Of a stretch of 64,000 bases of DNA, positions 55,444 through 64,000 are shown in pieces. The notes beneath the pieces were generated by a model. The model was not told where the DNA came from. It made no database searches and saw only the letters and a program-made list of their open reading frames with translations. Origin of the DNA: Eledone cirrhosa (Eukaryota); contig OZ024751.1 of the NCBI GenBank assembly GCA_964016885.1, positions 8,432,001-8,496,000 on the forward strand. The letters run 5' to 3'. The position numbers and the translations under genes are program-made. Numbering within the stretch: position 1 is the stretch's first letter; every line of letters begins with the position of its first letter.

Positions 55444-56484
55444 CATTTAGAAACACACAGATACATGCGGACACACACATATATACATGAATGCATCCGC
55501 ACCCAACTGTGAGTTAAGGGTGCCAACTTCACCGATGTTGCTCAATGAATGACTGGGACAGACCAATTCAGTTTGAACCAGACTGAACCAGTATCAGAGT
55601 TAAAAATACATTATGAAGAGAGAAGAAACATTTAGATATAATTAGTAATAAAATGTATCATACCTAAACTGTTCCTAAATTCCTCGACTACGTAGTTTCG
55701 TGGCATAAACAAAAACAATATATCAAAGATATAGAGTCCCTGCGAGGTCTGCCGACTTATCAAGAGGATACCTCATTTTACTAGTCTCAAGAACGCGTCT
55801 ACACGACGTGAGAAAGAATCCCAAAAGGCGGAGGGGGAGATAGTCACGCGATATAACGGTCGAGAAACAGAGCTAAGCCTCCTATAACCACGAAAAAAAT
55901 ACCACGGAGGCGGAGGGGGTATTCATATCGAGGCCGTAGAAGAGGTAGTGAAGAAGGCGAGAAGTATGAGTAATGGAAGCTTTCCAGTTGTCCCCACACT
56001 TCAAAGATTGCTCGACCAGAGGGAGTTATTAATACATTTAGAAACACACAGATACATGCGGACACACACATATATACATGAATGCATCCGCACCCAACTG
56101 TGAGTTAAGGGTGCCAACTTCACCGATGTTGCTCAATGAATGACTGGGACAGACCAATTCAGTTTGAACCAGACTGAACCAGTATCAGAGTTAAAAATAC
56201 ATTATGAAGAGAGAAGAAACATTTAGATATAATTAGTAATAAAATGTATCATACCTAAACTGTTCCTAAATTCCTCGACTACGTAGTTTCGTGGCATAAA
56301 CAAAAACAATATATCAAAGATATAGAGTCCCTGCGAGGTCTGCCGACTTATCAAGAGGATACCTCATTTTACTAGTCTCAAGAACGCGTCTACACGACGT
56401 GAGAAAGAATCCCAAAAGGCGGAGGGGGAGATAGTCACGCGATATAACGGTCGAGAAACAGAGCTAAGCCTCTTATAACCACGA
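55441..56484 (-). mobile_element. Retrozyme-like element: 453-bp direct repeats (period 591), each with a hammerhead
   Basis: 55441-55893 and 56032-56484 are near-identical; 138-bp spacer; no coding capacity; TA-flanked. Confidence 0.8.
55681..55768 (-). ncRNA. Hammerhead ribozyme with U3-A8 core (second copy at 56272-56359)
   Basis: Minus strand: UCCUC-UUGAUAA-GUcGGCA...UGCCAC-GAAA-CUACGUAG-UC-GAGGA. Confidence 0.78.
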
Positions 56485-56694
56485 TATATATCCTGTCTAC
56501 AGAAATAATTTTTCTGAAGACAGCATATATATGTGTAGGTATGTATATTCCTTCTGATAGTTTGTAAAACGTTTACATAGATCTATATGATATACATACC
56601 AACACACACATATATATCCTAGAAACGATCGTAAAATGATGAATTTTTTTTAATATAAGGAACTGTTTCTTTGTTTTTATTCATTGTTTTATTA

Positions 56695-56775
<81 letters not shown>

Positions 56776-56827
56776 TATATATATATACACATATATATAT
56801 ATAGAGAGAGAGAGGGTGTGTGTGTGA

Positions 56828-58652
56828 AGAATAACATGTACAAGAAGGGTTTTATTTACAGTATTAACAATTGATTCATTGATTACGGTGTCTAAAATGT
56901 GCTAATCACTTGAAGTTGTGTCCCTCAATTCTAAATACGATGTATGCTTAACCAAATCTTCAGAACACTGAAAACAATTATTCACAGCGTTTACAAATTC
57001 AAATTACAACATCAGTAATAAAGAAAGACAAAGAAAAAGAAGAAAAAATAAAAAGATAGAGAGAAAAAAAAGAGAAAGAAAGGAAGAACGAAAGAAAGAA
57101 AGAAAAAAAAAGAATAAAGAAAAATGATAAAGAAAAAGAAAAATAGAGAGATTAAATAAAAGTAATGATAATAAATGTATAATAATAAATCAGTTATAGC
57201 GAAGATAATAAAAAATAAATAAATAAATGTATATGTGTGCGAAGAAAGTGAACATAATATGATTGCTGGAAATAGTTGTGGTGTTGGTGGTTAAAATATA
57301 AAGATATGATGGTATAAACATGAAAATATTAAATATATTCGTATATATATTATTTAAATTAATAAATTAATAAATTGGAAGTTATATTAGAAGCGAAGAT
57401 AATACGATAGGTTATAATGTAAGAGATGTAATATATTTAGGGAAAGAAATTGAAAGGTAGAAAATATAATAGGTTTTGATGTTGATTCATTCACAGTTAA
57501 TAACAATACTAATAACAATGATGATAATGGGTTACTATAATAGACTCAGGTGGTATGAATTGAATTATGGTATTGTTGGGTCGAATCAAGTTGGTTTGAA
57601 ATTATCGAATTTATTTGCTGCTTTATGCCTACAGAAAATTGACCGTTCAATTTTCCTGTTAACCAGCATTTTATCATATTTTAAAATATGGAATAATTCC
57701 ATATTAGCTAGTCTACAGTGGGACATACCAATTTTGTAGGCCATTGCCCCTGACAATTTAGACCAGCTAATCCTTTATATCTTTAAGCTGCCAGATTTTA
57801 TTGGCGAGCGTTGTTGTATTCATTACGGTTCTTTATATAGTGTCTGTGGACGTACTGTCTTTATTTGAACTCCCCCGCCGTAGAACCTATGTAGTGCCAT
57901 GCTAAGTTGCTTGAATTTATAGTACACAGGTACACTATATTTGATTATAGGCATTTATTTGTAGTGGGCACTTATCCGGTAAGTGACGGTTACATTTTGA
58001 GGCCTTCTTATGTGCCGGTTCAACGATGCGGTTTTGTATGTTGTTATGTATGGGCCGAGATTTGGGTTTGTTGATGTATTGTTGTGATGTGTTCTGACGT
58101 GTGTGTGGTTGTGATGTTGTTATCTGTATGTGTTTTGTATTTGGTGTTATGGTGCATGTTTGGAGGCTATTTGTGTTAGAGATTATTTTATAGTTAATTT
58201 TATGCATGTCTGATTCTATGCTGGGTGCAACAGAGTAAAATTGTTTGGTAGTATTTCTATTAAAGATTGTAAGGTATTTGTGAAGCTTAGGGAAGTGCTT
58301 GTCAATTAATTTAAAGAATATAGAAATTAGTTTAGTTTTTATAGAGGAGAAAAATATTGGATTGAACCATAAGTATTTTCTATCTCTGGATCTTCTATAG
58401 TTCCTAAGGGTCCTTATATTAGTATTCTTATGTTAGTATATTAGTATTCTTTATTACTGATGTTGTAATTTGAATTAGTAAACGCTAAGTATAATTTTAT
58501 TCAGTTTTCTGATGATTTGGTTAAGCATACATCGTATTTAAAATTGAGTGACTCAACTTCAAGTGATTAGCAATTTTAAGACAACTTAATCAATGAAACA
58601 ATTGTTAATACTGTAAATAAAACCCTTCTTGTACTGTTGACCATGTTATTCA
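56828..58652 (-). mobile_element. Decayed PLE (Hydra-like, tentative) with inverted hammerhead arms
   Basis: 56828-56980 is inverted with 58495-58652; minus strand 57600-58430 encodes YLWFNP..LIDKHFP..IFNRNT, KCPL, HYIGST, FCRHK with stops and frameshifts. Confidence 0.8.
58502..58613 (+). ncRNA. Hammerhead with ~80-nt stem II domain (mirror at 56859-56970, minus)
   Basis: CAGTTTT-CTGATGA-TTTGGTTAAG...CTTAATCAAT-GAAA-CAATTG-TT-AATACTG. Confidence 0.68.
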
Positions 58653-58841
58653 TCACTCTTTCATTATTATTACTCCAACATTAACTTACATAGGAATTCC
58701 CGAGATCTCACAAACTGGCTACCTAATGTTGAGTCAAACAACTCCGTACGCTAAAACTATCCATAATACGGAATATTCAAAACATCTAACTGGATTACCT
58801 ATAACGATAACTTGTTATCCCTTATATCTATACATATATAT

Positions 58842-60886
58842 ATATTAATTCAAAATATTAAGAAAATAGATATTCTTGTGATCAAGTATATTTTATTATA
58901 CATATTTCAGAGGTACTGAGTTAAGTTCAACAGTACATCCTCATCAGATAAAATAAGATGATGCATGACATACCCTGACATAGTAGATTGTTAAGATTCA
59001 GTCATGGTAGTGATTAATATATGACAAAACTCAATATTTATATCCTAATATTGAGAACATGAGAAAAATATATAATACAAACAATAGAGAGGGTGCGTGT
59101 AATACAGCTTAAAAAATACATGGCATCAATATAACAGTTAAAAACATGTTTGAGTATGTTTTGAGTATGTTTTGGGGACTCAGACTTGCACTTATTCATT
59201 TATATATATATATCTAGGTATAAATGTAACAAACCATAATAGTCGACAAATATTGGTCTCTCTCTCCACTGAACTGGAGGTAAAACTACAATTATAGCAT
59301 AACTAATAATGATTATAATTATTTATTTATCAAATGTATACCGTTTCATTAATACCTATAATAATATCTCTATATAATTGTACAAATATGTTTATCTAGT
59401 GTAATAACATAGTCGTAGTTACATTTATAAATAATTTAGATACTCAAATAACTCTCTATTGTTATAAGTGTTAGATATTCCCTGGAAGTTCGAATTTATA
59501 TAATGATTATTACTTAATTTAATATAATTTAATTTAATTTAATTTATTTTATTTTAATTAAATTTAGATTACCCTCGGCTTTTTCAAATATTTAGCTCCT
59601 CTTTCTATCACATTCACTGGAAATTTTAGACGTACCTTTTGTCTACTATATGTTAAAACACTATTACATTTTATAATATATTTTTAATATTGGGCATTTT
59701 TAAGTTCGCTAACAATTCATTATTTTGATTTTTATATTTATTTTGTATCTAGCCCCTATCATTAGGACTCATGTAGTTTTGACTTATATATTTAGAGTAT
59801 ATATCAACTAAATGAACATTTCACAATAATTGATATAAAATGTTAATTTTTTAACAATATATGTTAACAATATATTTCTTTTTAACAATATTTCAGTAAC
59901 TTATTTACTATATTGTATTTTGTATTATGTTACATATATTTGAAAGGTATCACCTTAAAACTTCAGACATTATAATCCTTGTGTATTTTTTGATTAGCAC
60001 ATATATATAATTAAAAATTCAGACTTATATAAGTGTAGTAATAAGGCCGGTTGATCCTTTAGGCACTGAAACTGTTTAATCATGAATTCTTTAATAATTC
60101 TAACTATAATTATTTTATAAATTATATTATATAAACTGTTGTCAATATTATAAATAATTTTGGTAAAGATTACCTTCGTGAGGGTATAAAAGCATTATAT
60201 ATTTTCTTTCTCGTGTTTCGTAAATCCTTTAAATTTGTTTTCATAAAATTTGTATTTTTGAAATTAAACTTGAGAGTATAATATAATATTAATACAGATA
60301 CCTATTAACTTTTAAAACCTAAATTATTACTCATTACTCTGAAATAACTTAAATAAAATATGTTGAATATTAACGGTCAACTAAATAAGTTTAGATATAT
60401 ATTGCATATATGTATAATTGTCTATAAACTTGAACATAAATTACTCCCCTTTGTCTCTCTATATCTTTAATCATCTTTCATTTGTTTTTTAAGGCACCTA
60501 CTAAATATAGTATCCCATCAGCTGTTTCTTCCTCTATGCTTATCTTTCTTTCATCTTTCTTCAGTAGTTTTCTTTTTTAAATTTGTTTAACTGTTATATT
60601 GATGCCATGTATTTGTTAAGCTGTATTTCTCGCACCCTCTCTATTGTTTGTATTATATATGTTTCTCATGTTCTCAATATTAGGGTATACATATTGAGTT
60701 TTGTCATATATTAATTACTACCATGACTGAATCTTAACAATCTACTATGTCAGTGTATGTCATGCATCATCTTATTTTATCTAATGAGGACGCACTGTTG
60801 AACTTAACTCAGTACCTCTGAAATATGTATAATAATATATACTTGATCACAAGAATATCTATTTTGTTAATATTTTGAATTAATAT
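58842..60886. mobile_element. Non-coding element with ~300-bp inverted pLTR-like arms
   Basis: 58842-59145 is inverted with 60585-60886; very AT-rich interior. Confidence 0.8.
58891..58953 (-). ncRNA. Minimal hammerhead ribozyme (decayed mirror at 60776-60835)
   Basis: Minus strand: UUUUAU-CUGAUGA-gg.GUACUG..CAGUAC.cu-GAAA-UAUGUA-UA-AUAAAA. Confidence 0.78.
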
Positions 60887-60983
60887 TAATAACTCTGGAA
60901 AACCTTTTTTCTGTTAGTGCTTCCAATCTATTGTAAAACTAATTCTTTGATGTATTCATTGAACCTTGTTTAATTTTTAAATA

Positions 60984-61094
<111 letters not shown>

Positions 61095-61136
61095 GATATT
61101 AAACAAATGGAAACTATATTTATAAAACCATATTTA

Positions 61137-61198
61137 TTTCATTATACATATTTCAGGGATACCATATTAAAAATATGGCATGCCTTCTTCAGATAAAA
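61137..61198 (-). ncRNA. pLTR hammerhead ribozyme
   Basis: Minus strand: UUUUAU-CUGAAGA-AGG.AUGCCAUA..UAUGGUAU.CCU-GAAA-UAUGUA-UA-AUGAAA. Confidence 0.78.
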
Positions 61199-62558
61199 TA
61201 CAATATATAAGCAGTTTTATAAATAAATTTGACGTACCATGAAATATTGATCAACTTCCATTTAAAAAAGTTGGTTTGGTAGTGAAATGTTTGTAAATAT
61301 TTAGTGTTAAGCACAGTTAGAAAGAAAAACGTAGAGAAGGAATAAATGTATGTAAAGAAAAACAGAGAGAGATAGAGAGAGATATGGGAGAGAGAAATAG
61401 TGAGAAGGTGAAAAATGAGAGGCAGCTGAGGTAACAGATGAATAATAATAATCATCATACAAATTGAGAGATTTAGGAGGGAGGGAGGGAGTACTGTAAT
61501 TATTTATTTATTTATTTATTTAGTTATAGTGTTAAGGAGACGGAGAAAAATAAAAATAAAAAATAACTAAAGAGAAAACAGCGATACTTAGATTACATCA
61601 TGTATAGAGGGAGGAGAAGAAAGCTATATCTAGAGAGAAGGATGACAGATTTACAACTTTACGTTATGTCCTATCATTTTGAATTATCAATTCATATGAA
61701 TTGGACGCACTGTAAATATCAATATTCATGAATAAGACATAGATATATAATGTGTGAAAAATAATGATCATATGTTTAGTTTAAAAATTCTTAGGTCTAT
61801 ATACCAAAACATGAGATAAAACTTCAAAAATACAAAACTACATAAGTATATATGTACTTACCGGAAAAAGAAAGAAAGAGAAAAAGAGAAGGTCATCTCA
61901 AGTTCTAGGTGACACTATAGATATACACCTGAACATACGTGATCAACTCTGTAATTTCTTATTTCACATGAAAAAATTTTCCCTTGCGTTATAAAAGATT
62001 TTACTATATATATATGTATACATACATACACATACATAAACATATATATTAATATTAATATTCCTGCCCTCACATACATGATTATCGTTCATGTATAGAA
62101 TAGACAACAGCTATCAATATATCAAAACGCTAAGAATAATTTCATCACTCCCTAGAGTGTCTAGGGCCTTAAAAGAACACAGTATGCCCCCCCCCCCCAT
62201 ATCAACCACAGAAATCAACCCTTCCAATTTATCTGACAATATATTGCCAAGTTCATTAGGAGCAATCAGAATCAAGAGCAAACAAAAAACCAGAATTATT
62301 CAACAAGACTTATTTAGCAGAAATCATTTAAAAGATTTAGGAGACCCTGTTGTTCTACAGATGCTCTTATATTTAGTATAGAAGTTTATCTAGCGTAAAA
62401 TTTATTCAATAGATTGGGAGCATCCACATTTTAGGGTAGTTTAATTACATCATTAGTATATATTTATGAAGAAGGTTTAAAAAAGAAAAAGTTGAAGGAA
62501 TCGAAAGATTTATCGTCAGGTTTCATAATTAATTAAATAAATATCTTAACTAAATATA

Positions 62559-64000
62559 CTACATTTTAAATTCATATTTATATTTAAACGTTGAGTTCAA
62601 TCTATGTCTGCAGCAACTGAATAAATTGGTCCTTAGATTAAGGGAATTTTTAGATTTTAATATAAAGAATATCTCCTCCACGCAGAGGTCACATGTCTCA
62701 GATGAGGAATTAAAAGGAATGCCTCTTGAGACTATATTCCAAAACAACGAATATCCAACGTTATCATGTTTAAGTTGCCAGAGTAAGCCTGATAGTGAAG
62801 TTGAAGATTTTTTGCCTGGATCTGTGAAAGAATTCTTATGATTATTATAGCGAAGTTTAAATTCTGTCGAGGTGGAACCAACATAGTTAAAAGAATTTAA
62901 GTCAGTTTTAACATTACAATTGTATATTATATTTTTAACTCAGCAATTGTTATTTAACGGACATTTAGATTTATTTCTACAGTTACAGTTGTTTAATTGA
63001 ATATTGTTTAGGCTATTATCGGTATTTTGGCTAGGTTTTAGATTCCTATTATTTATTCTGTTAATATTTTGTGCTAAGTTTTTGGTGGACGAGTAAGTTA
63101 ATTTTATAGTATGTCTATTAAAAATTGAGTGATATTTATGTGTTCTAGGGAAGCGTTTGTCAAAAGCACTAAAAAATAGTTTAGCAATGTGGGTTTTAAT
63201 ATTTAGTGAGAAAGGGGGGGGGGGCAACCATATTATATTTCTAGTTCTATTTCTTTTCTGGCTTTTGGAATTATTGTAATGTTTTCTATTAGAGTTGTTA
63301 AAGTTGTTACCGTAATTAAAATTGTTGTTATATTGGTTAGTTTGCCTATTATTATCGATGTACATAATTTTATCACTATATCCTGCTCTAGCTAACGCTT
63401 CATTGTAATACTGCGCTTTTTCGTCGAAAATATTTTTATTAGATGAAATTCTTGAGATACGTTCTTGAACAGAGTTCACTATAGTATTTTTAACAGATCT
63501 GGGGTGATTAGAGTTATAACTGACATAATTCAAGTTTTCATTTAGTTTGTGAAATGGATAGTGAAGACATGTGTTGAGATTTAGTGTTACATCTAGGAAA
63601 TTGACTATTCTATGGTTATTCTCTATTTCCATTTTAAGATTAAGGTAATTAAAAAATTGTATAATTTGTTTTCTTTTTCTATTTAGTTCAGAGTTATTAT
63701 TTTCAATAAGTAAAAGCATGTCATCACGATATAATCCTCCGGTTACACCAGGTATTTTCCTATGCAGCGAATTAATTATAAATAGGCAATTTCGACATTA
63801 CTATGGGATCATCTGACTCAGCTCAGGTAACGTTACCTGAGCTGAGTCAGATGATACCATAGTAATGTCGAAATTATTATCTCTATCTGCCTTAGTCCAT
63901 AGTTGGTTATTAAATTCTATCAATGTTTTCCTTGCCGATAATATAATGTGCATTTCATTGCTAGTTAGGTCTGTATGTTTGAATGCGTAATTTAGTGCCT
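62559..64000 (-). pseudogene. PLE RT + GIY-YIG endonuclease, disrupted
   Basis: IILSARKT, FDITM(G/V)SSDSAQV, GGLYRDD, FLDVTL, NSNHP, CNC..CPL..C, NIIYNC..YVGST, CDLC..E, CCRH; in-frame TGA at 62940-62942; palindromic insertion at 63788. Confidence 0.88.
63788..63875. repeat. 88-bp spacer-less palindrome (one mismatch)
   Basis: AATTTCGACATTACTATGGGATC...GGTAAC|GTTACC...GATACCATAGTAATGTCGAAATT. Confidence 0.95.

Overview
This is AT-rich, repeat-dense eukaryotic (animal) DNA. The SINE families and the very abundant (TA)n/(CA)n tracts are most consistent with an octopod cephalopod; this is an inference. Almost all long ORFs in the track are microsatellite artefacts ([12 protein letters not shown]). 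The real coding remnants are retroelements: four Penelope-like elements (PLEs; RT and/or C-terminal GIY-YIG), RTE and L1/Tx1 LINE fragments, degenerate CRE-like restriction-endonuclease LINE ends, and a mariner relic. The main hidden signal is about 25 type-I hammerhead ribozyme motifs (intact, variant or decayed) from roughly ten sequence families, found by eye. They occur in three settings: (i) inverted 'tails-out' PLE pseudo-LTRs inserted in (TA)n; (ii) non-coding tandem units of 475-695 bp that resemble retrozymes; (iii) unexpectedly, the 3' UTRs of CRE-like LINE remnants. There is also a candidate host gene fragment: an 18-nt micro-exon plus an exon encoding a short Cys-rich peptide (12555-12878). 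All calls were made by eye, without database searches.
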